Source: Synergistaceae bacterium
GTDB lineage: Bacteria > Synergistota > Synergistia > Synergistales > Synergistaceae
DNA length: 64,000 nucleotides
Assembly: GCA_031289775.1 (NCBI GenBank)
Contig: JAITOY010000002.1
Location: 28,337 to 92,336 of the forward strand
Direction: 5' to 3'
Made by a program: the position numbers and the translations under genes. The notes beneath the pieces were generated by a model. It was not told the DNA's origin and made no database searches. It saw only the letters and a program-made list of their open reading frames with translations. Below are positions 1 to 9,347 of the stretch, piece after piece. How positions within the stretch are numbered: the first letter of the stretch is position 1; each line of letters opens with the position of its first letter.

Positions 1-416
1 CGGGACTCCATGGTCGGCTGGAGCGCGACGCCGTTTTTGTAGTCGTTTTCGTTTACCGGTTCGCCCGGGTCGAATATGACGAAGTGCCGCGGGTTAGGGA
101 ACAAGCCGTTGTCGTTGATGTCGCCTCCTGTTATGTACGCCTTGACTATACAGTCCCCGTCGTCAGGGCAGTCGTCCCGCCGCACCCCATCGATGACCGC
201 CTGCCTGATGTTGGCGACGATGTCGCCGACCGCGATACCGCTTCGGAGAGCGCTGTCCTCGAGGCGTTTCAAGTGCTCGCCCAGCGCAAACGGCCTGCGG
301 CTGTAGCTCCGTATGCTGTCGAACACCCCGATCCCGCGTGTGATCACGAGATCCGTAACCGGCAGGGAGCATTCACCTGTCAGACGAAAACCCCCTTCGA
401 AAAAACAAATGGACAT
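1..416 (-). CDS. Class IV aminotransferase, N-terminal part (branched-chain or D-amino-acid aminotransferase family). The gene runs off the window start.
   Basis: The reverse-strand translation starting at the ATG (reverse complement of 414-416) reads MSICFFEGGFRLTGECSLPVTDLVITRGIGVFDSIRSY...FALGEHLKRLEDSALRSGI. This matches the conserved N-terminal fold-type IV PLP aminotransferase pattern (GdGvFE..r.y.....f.l.eHl.RL..Sa). It explains why + strand ORF 84..1649 reads through here as an artefact. Confidence 0.55.
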   Translation of the reverse strand, partial: MSICFFEGGFRLTGECSLPVTDLVITRGIGVFDSIRSYSRRPFALGEHLKRLEDSALRSGIAVGDIVANIRQAVIDGVRRDDCPDDGDCIVKAYITGGDINDNGLFPNPRHFVIFDPGEPVNENDYKNGVALQPTMES

Positions 417-560
417 ATTTTCGCAACTCCTTATTATAAAATTCGCCTCAGCAAGAGAAGTATACGACAATTTGTATGGTTTAGACAATCGCATGGTGCT
501 AAAATCTTATTGTTGCAAGCGCAAATTTGGAACGCCCTAAAATTAAGGGGAGGGAATCGC

Positions 561-1649
561 ATGTCTTCCAAGGTTCTCGCGCTTTTCCCGCGAGAAACTA
601 CGACTCAGCTCGGGCTTTTTGACGAGCGGTTCGCTATAATGCGAACGGAGATTCGCCACGACAGGGATGAACTTCTGGGGTTTAAGACGCCCGCTGATCA
701 GTGGAGCCACAGGCTGCGCGCAATCGAGGAGTCCCTTGCCGATTGCGGCGAGAGCGCAGGGGTCGACGCTGTAATAGCGCCCGCAGGGCCTGTTCTCGAC
801 CTAAATGGCGGGATATTCTCCGTGGATCGGGCTTTCCTGAAAAAAATACAGGATGGCCAGGGCTCGTTCCTCAACCTCGGCGCTCTTCTCGCAGACGCGC
901 TGGCGCTCGTGAGGGACGCCCGCGCTTTCGCGGTGGTTTCCCTCTCGGACGACGAGCTCGACCCCATCTCGCGGGTGACGGGCCTTCCGGGCGTCTTTTT
1001 CGGAAGCGCGATACGCACGTTTGTCATAAAGGACGTTATATACAGGGCGCTGCCGGAGACAGGACGCCCCTTCCAGGATGTTTCCGCAGTGGTCGCTTAT
1101 CTGGGCACGAATTTTATAATATGCGCATTTCGCGGCGGAAAAATTACCGACCTGAGCAATTCCAACGAACGCGGGCCGTTCTCTCTCACTAAAAGCGGGG
1201 CTATACCGGCAGCCGAGCTCATCAGGATGGCTTACAGCGGAATGTGGTCGATGGACAGCCTTGTGGATAAGCTTGGCCTGCATGGGGGGATGGAGAGCTA
1301 CACCGGGACTGACGACCTGGGCGGAATTGTCAGCCGCGCTTACGAAGGCGACGTGATCGCCGCGCTCATACTTCGCGGCATGGCATATCAGACAGCCCAG
1401 GAGATAGCTGCCCAGGCGGTCGCGCTCTCCGGCGACGTCGACGCGATTATCCTGACAGGGGTCTGCGCCGAAAGCGAAGTTTTCGTAAAACTCCTGAATG
1501 AGCGCGTCTCGTGGATCACAGACAGGGTCATTGTCTACCCGGAGGACGACGACCTGAGCACCGTGGCAAGATTTGCGTTCAGGGCGCTTAAAAACGAGGT
1601 TCCTGTGTTGTGCGCTTCGGATGAGACGAGAGATGGCGAAAACGCTTGA
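561..1649 (+). CDS. buk: Butyrate kinase
   Basis: GGGAGGGA sits 6 nt upstream of the ATG at 561. The 362-aa product is butyrate-kinase sized. It has acetate/butyrate kinase family motifs in the buk arrangement (…DELDPISRVTGLPGV…GPFSLTKSGAIPAAELIRMAYSG…DAIILTGVCAESEVFVKL…DDDLSTVARFAF), including the C-terminal 'DAIILTGG' type motif. The upstream part of ORF 84..1649 is antisense read-through. Confidence 0.75.
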   Translation: MSSKVLALFPRETTTQLGLFDERFAIMRTEIRHDRDELLGFKTPADQWSHRLRAIEESLADCGESAGVDAVIAPAGPVLDLNGGIFSVDRAFLKKIQDGQGSFLNLGALLADALALVRDARAFAVVSLSDDELDPISRVTGLPGVFFGSAIRTFVIKDVIYRALPETGRPFQDVSAVVAYLGTNFIICAFRGGKITDLSNSNERGPFSLTKSGAIPAAELIRMAYSGMWSMDSLVDKLGLHGGMESYTGTDDLGGIVSRAYEGDVIAALILRGMAYQTAQEIAAQAVALSGDVDAIILTGVCAESEVFVKLLNERVSWITDRVIVYPEDDDLSTVARFAFRALKNEVPVLCASDETRDGENA

Positions 1650-1721
1650 AAAATAGCCGTCAAGAGATATACTCGTTTTGCGGGAGACAAGTTTTTTTTT
1701 GCTAATTAAGCGAGGAGGAGA

Positions 1722-2993
1722 ATGGACATGAATGTTGACGGCAAGGGTTACAAGGCGCTGCTTGAAAGACGTCCGCTCAATGTACAGGCGCTTTATGGAG
1801 GAGAGCCGCTCGGTTTGGTCAGCGGCCGCGACATAGCGACGGCGGTGAAGGAGACTGGGGCGATAGTCCTCGCGGGCAACGCGCGGAACGCGCTCATTAT
1901 AAAAGGTCTCTTGAAGGCCGCGAAGGATCTGAACGCGCCGCTTCTCATAGAGCTCGCCAAGTCTGAGTGCACTTACTGCGGGGCGACATATGACAATATA
2001 CCGGACTACGCGTTGAAGTATTCGGCCGAACTGGGCCACGGGGTTATATTCGCTCTGCACGTCGACCATTACGCGATAAAAGGACACGATGACGTCAAAA
2101 AAGGCGTAGGCCATCTGTCGAAAATCGTGGCAAACGGCTTCACGTCCGTGGCGATAGACGCCTCGCACCTCGACGACTACGCAAACCTCTCCGCGACGCG
2201 CGACCTAGGCGCGTGGCTGCCGTCCGCCGTCGGGCTCGAAGTAGAGGTCGGCGAGATCAAAGGTGCGGGAGAACTGTCAACTGTCGAGGAAGCACTGTAC
2301 TTCATAGGCGGTCTGAACGCTTGGGGCGTGTTCCCCGACTACCTCGCCATATCGAACGGAAGCCTGCACGGCACATACGACATCTCCGCCGGCGTGAACG
2401 AAGGGATCGACCTGGATCGTACAAAGCAGATCGCGGACGCCATAGCCCCTTACGGAGTCTCGATCGCGCAGCACGGCATTTCCGGCACGCCGTTCAGCAA
2501 GGTCTCGAAGTTCTCGAAGTACGGCATAAACAAGGGCAACGTCGCTACGCTTTTCCAGAACGTCGTTTTCGGAATTAAAATGGATCCGGAGACCGGCAAC
2601 GCCGTGACGGACGGCGGCACGTACATAAAGGAGAGCGACAGAGGCATATCGGACGCGCTCTGGCAGCAGATTGTGGCCGAAGCCGACGGCAAGGGCATGA
2701 GCCGCAAGAGCGGCGACTACAAGAAGCTGAATCTGCCGTACCACGAGAGGATACTTGCGGAGCCGGACAATATCATCGGACGCATCGTGGACGAGGTCGC
2801 CGATTGGGGCAGGCGTTTCATAAAGGCGTTTGGCACAGAGGGCGCCGCCGAGAAGGTGATAGAGGTCGCGTCCCGCAGGACGGATCACAATTCGTCCCCA
2901 GAGCGCGTCATCAGGAGCCCAAGGGTCAAGTACGGCCCGGAGCAGGCCCCGAACAAGGCGAAGAGCGGCTCTGGCGGCAAATTTGACGATTAG
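1722..2993 (+). CDS. Class II (metal-dependent) ketose-bisphosphate aldolase family protein, FbaA-like, with a C-terminal extension
   Basis: AGGAGGAG RBS. Class II aldolase motifs occur in order: ALHVDHYA (LHxDH), SVAIDASHL, LEVEVGEIKGAGE (EiElG..gG.E) and LAISNGSLHGTYD (GnvHG.Y). About 60 extra C-terminal residues (…KYGPEQAPNKAKSGSGGKFDD) are atypical. Confidence 0.6.
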   Translation: MDMNVDGKGYKALLERRPLNVQALYGGEPLGLVSGRDIATAVKETGAIVLAGNARNALIIKGLLKAAKDLNAPLLIELAKSECTYCGATYDNIPDYALKYSAELGHGVIFALHVDHYAIKGHDDVKKGVGHLSKIVANGFTSVAIDASHLDDYANLSATRDLGAWLPSAVGLEVEVGEIKGAGELSTVEEALYFIGGLNAWGVFPDYLAISNGSLHGTYDISAGVNEGIDLDRTKQIADAIAPYGVSIAQHGISGTPFSKVSKFSKYGINKGNVATLFQNVVFGIKMDPETGNAVTDGGTYIKESDRGISDALWQQIVAEADGKGMSRKSGDYKKLNLPYHERILAEPDNIIGRIVDEVADWGRRFIKAFGTEGAAEKVIEVASRRTDHNSSPERVIRSPRVKYGPEQAPNKAKSGSGGKFDD

Positions 2994-3001
2994 TCGAGCG
3001 G

Positions 3002-3838
3002 ATGAGCCCCGATAAGGGCTGGAGGGGGCTTGTGGCCGCGTTCGCAGCGACCGCAGCTCTTTCGACTCTTTTTCTGATTTCAGTGACATTTCAACACTCC
3101 GCCGCAGCGGGACAAGGCGGCGGAGTTTCAGATTCAGCGCGGGATTTTGCGCGAGCTTATCCTGATGCCGGTATAGCGGTTGATAGCGACGACGCCGGGG
3201 TTTATATCTCGATCGGAAAAAGCCGGATGATCTTCTCGCCGGCGCCATACGACGTGACGCCGGATCCAAACTCGCAGGTCGATCAACCGATATGCGCGTC
3301 TCTCTTTTGGGAATACCCGGTCGGGGCCGGAGGACGGAACCCCGCGCCTGGATTCGACCCTGGGAGAGTGCGGCACGAGGGTCTGATGAAGCTTCTGTAC
3401 GGCGCCGACGCCGAATCCGTCAGGAAAAACTGCGTGACAGTAAAATTCATGGGGGAGAACGTTCTCTTCAACGCAAGGCACGGCGCGGCTGACGCCTTAG
3501 CGCGAGTGGCCGGAAGGCTCGAAAAACTCGCGTCGGCCGCGTCGCCTCTGCGCGGTTATCTTCTCCCGACGTCCGGAACATTCAACTGGCGAACGGTCAA
3601 AGGCAGCAAACGTCTTTCTTCCCATTCGTTCGCCATAGCCATCGACCTGAACGTAGAAAAAGCCCCGTATTGGCAGTGGTCATCGCGGAATTCCGCAGAG
3701 GTGAAGCGGGCGAGGGAAAATTATCCTCAGGCGATAGTGGACGCGTTCGAGGCCGAGGGCTTCATCTGGGGTGGCAAGTGGCATTCGTTCGACTACATGC
3801 ACTTCGAGTACAGGCCGGAACTGTTGAACGGGAATTGA
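3002..3838 (+). CDS. M15 family zinc peptidase (D-Ala-D-Ala carboxypeptidase or VanY-like), secreted or membrane-anchored
   Basis: It has an N-terminal hydrophobic segment (LVAAFAATAALSTLFLISV). The M15 signature is SSHSFAIAIDLN (SxHxxGxAxD) followed by WGGKWHSFDYMHFEY (DxxH). Confidence 0.55.
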   Translation: MSPDKGWRGLVAAFAATAALSTLFLISVTFQHSAAAGQGGGVSDSARDFARAYPDAGIAVDSDDAGVYISIGKSRMIFSPAPYDVTPDPNSQVDQPICASLFWEYPVGAGGRNPAPGFDPGRVRHEGLMKLLYGADAESVRKNCVTVKFMGENVLFNARHGAADALARVAGRLEKLASAASPLRGYLLPTSGTFNWRTVKGSKRLSSHSFAIAIDLNVEKAPYWQWSSRNSAEVKRARENYPQAIVDAFEAEGFIWGGKWHSFDYMHFEYRPELLNGN

Positions 3839-3853
3839 AAAATTTTTGATGAT

Positions 3854-5440
3854 ATGTTATTTTATTTTTCTCCAAAACATAGGAGAAATTGCGCAGGAAA
3901 CGGATATGATGCTTTCATGATATGTAGTGCGGCTACTGTGAGGCTGGAAAAAATAATCGATGGCAGACTGACTCATAATTCGGACGATCGATGTTTCTGG
4001 TGGGACGGAAAGTGGTACTCGAAAGCGGATTTTTCAAAGCTCGCTGCCGAATGCGAAAGTTATCTTCGGAACGCTGGTTTCAGCGAAGGGCAGCGTCTGG
4101 CGACTCTTATGCCAAACTGTCCGGTATTCACTGCGCTGTCGCTGGCGATCTGGAGGATAGGCGGCGCCGTCGTTCCCTTGAACATCAAGTCAGGCGCGGA
4201 ATCTTTGACCAGCACACTCGAGCTTATCGAACCTTACGCCGTCGCGATGCTTGACAATGTACGAAATGAAATGCGCTCTGTTCTGCAGGCTGGAGGATTC
4301 GACTGTCTCGCTCTGCCGCCAAACTCGCCTCTTCCGAGATTCGCCGAAAACCGGAAATTTGGAAAGACATCGTCGATCCTTAGTCCCGACACCTGCGTCA
4401 TTTTTACCACTTCGGGCACGACCGGGAAGCCAAAGGCGGTTCCTTTGAGTCACGTCAATATATACGAAAATTGCTGCGCTATTCATGAGGCCGTCATACC
4501 GCTCGATTCGAAAGACGTGCTGCTCAATGTCATGCCGAATTTTCACACTGTCGGTTATACCATCGCAAATATAATGCCCCTGATAATCGATGCCTCGCAG
4601 GCTATAGTGCCGGAATTCATGCCGCCAGGCAGGACAATTAAAGCTATTCAGGACGCGGGCGTCACATTCATGTTCGTCGTTCCGGCTGTCGTGTCATATC
4701 TGTTGCACGCCATGGAGCGCGGAGACGCCCCCAAAGATTTGTTAGAGCCTTTCACGATGATCATCACCGGAGGCGACCGTCTCGCGGATAACGTACACGA
4801 AATGGCCGTGCGTATTGGGGGGAAAGACGTGGCGGAAGGCTACGGGCTTACAGAAACTTCCCCGGCGATCGCGCTGAACCGCGATTACGAAACTCACAGG
4901 CGCGGCACGGTCGGCCCGTTCGTCAGAAACTATGAATGGCGTTTGAGAACCAAATCCGGCGAGGATACCGACAAAAACGAAGGCGTCCTGTGGGTGCGAG
5001 GGCCTTCCGTGACAACAGGTTATTTCCGTTCGCCTGAAACCACGGCGGAACGTTTCGTTGACGGATGGTTTAACACCGGCGATTACGTACAGGTGGAAGA
5101 CGGTTATCTTAAAATTCTGGACAGGATCACCGACATCATAATCGTCAGCGGTTTCAACGTCTATCCGCAGGAAGTGGAGCTTATCCTGAATGAACATCCG
5201 GCGATCCGCGGCGCTATAGTAGTGGGGATCCCGAACAAGTTCGGCGGGGAGATACCAAAAGCGTTTGTCCTGAAAGAAGAGCGCGCGAACGTGACAGAGC
5301 GTGAAATCGTGAAATACTGCAAAGAGCGCCTTGCCCACTTCAAGGTTCCGAGAAGCGTAGAGTTCGTGGACGAGTTTCCTCTCTCAGGAACAGGCAAAGT
5401 ATTGCGCCGCATCCTCCGCGACAGAGAACGCGAAAAGTAA
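3854..5440 (+). CDS. AMP-forming acyl-CoA synthetase / ligase (ANL superfamily)
   Basis: The AMP-binding P-loop motif FTTSGTTGKPKAV is present, with GYGLTETSP, a YFRSPE/GWFNTGD core and the C-terminal GKVLRR lysine motif. The true start may be the in-frame ATG at 3917 (MICSAATV…). Confidence 0.75.
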   Translation: MLFYFSPKHRRNCAGNGYDAFMICSAATVRLEKIIDGRLTHNSDDRCFWWDGKWYSKADFSKLAAECESYLRNAGFSEGQRLATLMPNCPVFTALSLAIWRIGGAVVPLNIKSGAESLTSTLELIEPYAVAMLDNVRNEMRSVLQAGGFDCLALPPNSPLPRFAENRKFGKTSSILSPDTCVIFTTSGTTGKPKAVPLSHVNIYENCCAIHEAVIPLDSKDVLLNVMPNFHTVGYTIANIMPLIIDASQAIVPEFMPPGRTIKAIQDAGVTFMFVVPAVVSYLLHAMERGDAPKDLLEPFTMIITGGDRLADNVHEMAVRIGGKDVAEGYGLTETSPAIALNRDYETHRRGTVGPFVRNYEWRLRTKSGEDTDKNEGVLWVRGPSVTTGYFRSPETTAERFVDGWFNTGDYVQVEDGYLKILDRITDIIIVSGFNVYPQEVELILNEHPAIRGAIVVGIPNKFGGEIPKAFVLKEERANVTEREIVKYCKERLAHFKVPRSVEFVDEFPLSGTGKVLRRILRDREREK

Positions 5441-5572
5441 ATAATATATAACGATATTTCGTAAAGTTCCTTCGGAGTCGGCAACGCGCGTCCTGCTGGC
5501 TCATCAACTTCATGTATTGACAAGTCATGGATTAATGGATACGATAATCGCGTTTTATATAATTAAACATAT

Positions 5573-6865
5573 ATGAAAATAGGTGTTTTGAGGGGTTCTT
5601 TCTTAATGAGCTATGATCGCTCGCACACTGGCGCTTGGCGTGAAAAGGAGCTTAGCCTGCGACAGGTAATGGAGAAATATCCGGAGGTATCTCCGTTCGT
5701 CATAATTAAAACCGACGCGCAGCGGCGCGGAGTCGAGTACGCCGACAGGGCGCTCGCCGCTGTCGATCCGGATATTCACCTCACCAAAGTCCGCAGCGAC
5801 TACAGCAACAAGGAGGATCTGACCCCAGTTTCCCTGATGATGAGGGACGGAACTTCCATCTGTACGAGCGTGGACGTGGGAGGAAATACCTCGTCCGGCC
5901 GCGATCCGTATCTTGTGGACGTCGTGGACGGTAAAGTTGTGCTCGTGGACGAAAACAGAGTCATCGAGGAGGTTTCTTACTGGGAAAAACCTGATTTCCA
6001 CGAAAAGGAGACTTCCAGGGGGACGCCGATGTGGCACGTCGTCTCCGTTCGTCCTCAGAGACTTTGCATCCATCCTCACCAGCACTGCGATTACTGGAAG
6101 ACCCCTGGTCATGGTTGTAAATTCTGCGCGATGTCGGCCGTCTACCATTCCGGCAACAAGCCGGAGCTGCTCGACGTGCGCGACATCGTGGAGAGCGTGG
6201 CTGAGGCGATAAAGGAGCCCGGTAGGAACGTCAACATATTTTTGACAGGAGGGACGCTCTGCGGCGGGGAAAATTTCCTCGACGACGAGGTGAATTACTA
6301 CGAGGAGATTCTGGGCGGTATCACGAAACTGTTTGGCGGCCGCCGCTTCCCGAGCCAACTGATCAGCACGGCGTTTTCCTTCGAACAGCTCCGGCGTCTG
6401 TACGACAACACGGGTTTGACTTCTTATACGGCCGATATCGAGGTGCTCAACAAGGATCTGTTCGCGTGGATCTGTCCCGGCAAAGCGGCCACGATCGGTT
6501 ACGACGAATGGAAGGAGCGCCTCTGCCGGGCTGTGGAAATCTTTGGAAAGGGCAACGTAAACACAGGCCTCGTCGTCGGGGTGGAGTTTGCTACGCCAAA
6601 CGGATTTGAGAACGAGGATGAGGCGCTGGAGTCGATCCTGGCAGAGGCCGATGAATTATCCTCGTGCGGGGTGGGCGTTGTAGGTTGTGTCTGGCACGTC
6701 TCCCCGGTTTCGATCTTTAAAAAACAAATTTCTCCCGGGTTGGAGTATTACGTCCGATTAGCCAAGGGCTTCGACAGGATTCGACGGAAATACGGCATTA
6801 ACGTGGATATGGATAATTACCGCCGCTGCGGTAACCATCCCGATACCGATCTCGGCAGGATTTGA
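5573..6865 (+). CDS. Radical-SAM-like protein with an atypical Cys motif (CX6CX10CX2C) and a glycine-rich GGT/GGE segment
   Basis: …CIHPHQHCDYWKTPGHGCKFCAMSAVYHSGNKPELLDVRDIVESV…NIFLTGGTLCGGENFL… resembles radical-SAM layout: a cluster-binding Cys triad, then ~35 aa, then a GGE-type SAM-binding motif, then TIM-barrel-like strands. The first loop is 10 residues instead of 3. The alternative start at 5606 (MSYDR…) has a GAGGGG RBS. The functional call is inference only. Confidence 0.4.
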   Translation: MKIGVLRGSFLMSYDRSHTGAWREKELSLRQVMEKYPEVSPFVIIKTDAQRRGVEYADRALAAVDPDIHLTKVRSDYSNKEDLTPVSLMMRDGTSICTSVDVGGNTSSGRDPYLVDVVDGKVVLVDENRVIEEVSYWEKPDFHEKETSRGTPMWHVVSVRPQRLCIHPHQHCDYWKTPGHGCKFCAMSAVYHSGNKPELLDVRDIVESVAEAIKEPGRNVNIFLTGGTLCGGENFLDDEVNYYEEILGGITKLFGGRRFPSQLISTAFSFEQLRRLYDNTGLTSYTADIEVLNKDLFAWICPGKAATIGYDEWKERLCRAVEIFGKGNVNTGLVVGVEFATPNGFENEDEALESILAEADELSSCGVGVVGCVWHVSPVSIFKKQISPGLEYYVRLAKGFDRIRRKYGINVDMDNYRRCGNHPDTDLGRI

Positions 6866-6880
6866 GGGGGCTGCAATTTA

Positions 6881-7369
6881 GTGGGAGTTTTGTTGAGCGT
6901 GTTGAACGAAGATTTTGGGCAGATCCTCGCGGATCCTGAGACGATAGCGGCTCTGGCCACCACGGGGAGCGACGGTTCCGTCCATGTCGCCTTCAAGGGA
7001 TCGTTTTGTCTTAGAGAAGACGGTAATCTGGAGTATGACGAAGTTATTGAGGCCTCGCAGACGAATAAAAACCTCGTATACTCGATATGGTTCGGGAAGA
7101 CCGTATCGATAAGCTTTCTGGCCAAAGACCACCGCAGTTTTCTCGTCATCGGGCGCCCGGTTCGCGCGCTCGTCTCGGGGCGGGAGTTCCGCGAACATTA
7201 CGTCGCCATACGCGGGAGGCTGGGGGACGTGGATCTTTCGACCGTCTGGATCATCGAACCAGTTTCTGTATGCGAGCAAAGCTTTGAGAAAAGAAGGACG
7301 GAGGAGGAAAACGCTCATCCGCTGTTTCGGCATCTTGACCGCCTGGCTGTCTCCGGAAGCGGACTTTGA
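6881..7369 (+). CDS. Pyridoxamine-5'-phosphate-oxidase-like (FMN-binding split-barrel) family protein
   Basis: GTG start with GAGGGGG upstream. The protein is 162 aa, with a general PNPOx-like/flavin-reductase-like pattern (…TGSDGSVHVAFKGSF…). This is a weak, size- and pattern-based call. Confidence 0.4.
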   Translation: MGVLLSVLNEDFGQILADPETIAALATTGSDGSVHVAFKGSFCLREDGNLEYDEVIEASQTNKNLVYSIWFGKTVSISFLAKDHRSFLVIGRPVRALVSGREFREHYVAIRGRLGDVDLSTVWIIEPVSVCEQSFEKRRTEEENAHPLFRHLDRLAVSGSGL

Positions 7370-7480
7370 TCGCGGCGGGGGGCGATATCATGACTATTAT
7401 GTAGAGATTGACTGAGAAAACATGAAGTTAATTGTAACGAAATCTATGAAATGAAATAAAAAAAGAGGAGAGAATTAATT

Positions 7481-8500
7481 ATGAGATATGAAGGGTTTAA
7501 ATTCAGATTTTCCCTTATTTCCTTTGTCGTCGCGTTGTTTTTTGCCGTTTACGGCGGGCCTTTTGCGAGCGTCACAGCGGCGGGAGAGACGAAAAAAGAC
7601 TACAAGGGATTGGTGATACATCTCGCGACCCAGCCCAGCCAGGTGCAGATTTCTCTTGCTGAGGAGCTCGGTTATTTCAAGGATGAATTCGGGGGTGACG
7701 GCATCACTTTCGACGTGCGCACCTTCCCGTCCGGTCCTCCGATTATCGAGGCGATCGCGGCCGGCAACATCGATATCGGCCAGGTCGGCAACCTGCCCGC
7801 CATTCAGGCGTTCAACAATAAAATCCCGATTAAAATAATAGGCGCTTATATGACCGACACCGGGAAAAGCCAGGGCCTGCTCTCCAGGAAGGGTTCCGGT
7901 ATCGAAAAGCTCGAGGATATCCGCGGCAGAAAGATCGGCGCCCAGATAGGTTCAGCGTCTCATTTCCTCCTGATGCAATATCTGCAAACGCTGAATTTAA
8001 CGGAGGACGACATACAGATCGTAAACCTGTCGTTCGGCGATATCAACGCGGCGCTGGAAGCCGGGAGCATTGACGGCGGTGTGAACCAGCTGCCGCAGAT
8101 GGCCTCTGTGCTTGAAAACGGGACGGCCACGTTGATTGCGGACGCGTCTGGCTACCCCCTTTCGCCGAGCACAGTCGTTGCGAGAACGGCGCTGCTTGAA
8201 AAATACCCTGAATTGATCCCCCGTATTTTAAAGACGTTCGATCGTGCCGTTCAGTACTGCATCACGAACGAGGACGACGCGATCCGCATCCTTCACGAGA
8301 GGAACGACGTGGCGGAAAGCGCCTACAAGGCTTCATTCACTAGCAACAGCTTTGCGCTGTTTCTCGACGCGAAACGCATCGAAGCGCTGAAGCTCAACGA
8401 GGTTTTTCTCAGGAAGGAAGGCACTATAACAGGCGTCGATATCGACAAGCTCGTTGATGCGTCGTTCCTCGAAGCGGCCGGTCTCAACACGCCTAAATAG
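7481..8500 (+). CDS. ABC transporter substrate-binding protein, NitT/TauT (SsuA/TauA/NMT1-THI5-like) family
   Basis: AGGAGAG RBS and a signal peptide (FSLISFVVALFFAVYGG). It has the SsuA/TauA-type periplasmic binding-fold pattern. It is first in a three-gene operon with the permease and ATPase that follow. Confidence 0.7.
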   Translation: MRYEGFKFRFSLISFVVALFFAVYGGPFASVTAAGETKKDYKGLVIHLATQPSQVQISLAEELGYFKDEFGGDGITFDVRTFPSGPPIIEAIAAGNIDIGQVGNLPAIQAFNNKIPIKIIGAYMTDTGKSQGLLSRKGSGIEKLEDIRGRKIGAQIGSASHFLLMQYLQTLNLTEDDIQIVNLSFGDINAALEAGSIDGGVNQLPQMASVLENGTATLIADASGYPLSPSTVVARTALLEKYPELIPRILKTFDRAVQYCITNEDDAIRILHERNDVAESAYKASFTSNSFALFLDAKRIEALKLNEVFLRKEGTITGVDIDKLVDASFLEAAGLNTPK

Positions 8501-8551
8501 CCGAAATAAAAAAGCCGAAGTGAGCGAAATACGGCAGGGGGAAATAGTTGA

Positions 8552-9337
8552 ATGAACGCGCGTTCGAAGAACAGTGTCAAAGCGATCGCCATTGGGTTTA
8601 TCATGCCAGTCGCGTTCCTCGTCGCGTGGGAGATTCTCGGGCGGAGGGGGATCCTGAACAGCTCTATTTTCCCCACTCCTTCGCGTATTTTCACGTCATT
8701 TATGGACATGGTGAGCCGCGGCAGGATGCAAAAGCATCTTCTGATAAGCCTCCTCCGCGTCGTAAAGGGCTTTTGCGTGGGCTCGGTTCTCGGGTTGGTA
8801 ATCGGGACGGTCATCGGTCTTTCAAACGCGGCGAATGCCCTGATGTCATCCATTATAGGCCTCCTGAGGCCGATTCCGATGGTCGCGTGGATACCAGTGC
8901 TCATACTCTGGCTCGGCATCGACGAGGCCTCGAAGGTGACGCTGATTGCGATTGGCACGTTTTGGCCCGTCCTCATAAACACGAGCCGAGGCATAAAAAA
9001 CAGCGACAGAAAACTTCTCGAAGTGGGTATTATTCTCGAGAAAACCCGCTTACAGATGCTCGCTAAAGTGGTGCTTCCCTCCGCGTTTCCCTTTATCTTT
9101 ACTGGGCTTCGCCTTGGGGTCGGCAGCGCCTGGACGTGCGTTGTAACAGCCGAGGCCATTGCCGCCGCGTCCGGCATAGGTTATCTCATCATGTACGCGA
9201 GGGAGCTTTCGCAACCGCCAGTCATGTTCTCGGCGGTTATGACAATCGCGGTTGTCGGCCTTATTCTAGACGCGATTTTGCTTCGAGTCGAAAAACGCGT
9301 CCTTCGTTGGAACGAGCCGGACGAAGAACGGGGCTAG
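8552..9337 (+). CDS. ABC transporter permease (SsuC/TauC-type)
   Basis: It has six hydrophobic spans and the EAA-like permease loop (…LIAIGTFWPVLINTSRG…). Confidence 0.75.
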   Translation: MNARSKNSVKAIAIGFIMPVAFLVAWEILGRRGILNSSIFPTPSRIFTSFMDMVSRGRMQKHLLISLLRVVKGFCVGSVLGLVIGTVIGLSNAANALMSSIIGLLRPIPMVAWIPVLILWLGIDEASKVTLIAIGTFWPVLINTSRGIKNSDRKLLEVGIILEKTRLQMLAKVVLPSAFPFIFTGLRLGVGSAWTCVVTAEAIAAASGIGYLIMYARELSQPPVMFSAVMTIAVVGLILDAILLRVEKRVLRWNEPDEERG

Positions 9338-9347
9338 ATTAAAGGCC

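Noticed and set aside
84-560. N-terminal 159 codons of + strand ORF 84..1649
   Set aside because: This stretch is read-through antisense to the minus-strand aminotransferase N-terminus. The real butyrate kinase starts at ATG 561 behind a GGGAGGGA RBS.
801-2168. 455-aa minus-strand ORF spanning the buk/aldolase region
   Set aside because: It is entirely antisense to two well-supported + strand genes. It has no recognisable domain and no RBS. Long antisense ORFs are expected at this GC content.
7370-7480. Possible TPP or other riboswitch upstream of the NMT1/THI5-like binding protein
   Set aside because: A CUGAGA hexamer is present, but the other conserved TPP-aptamer segments are not visible.
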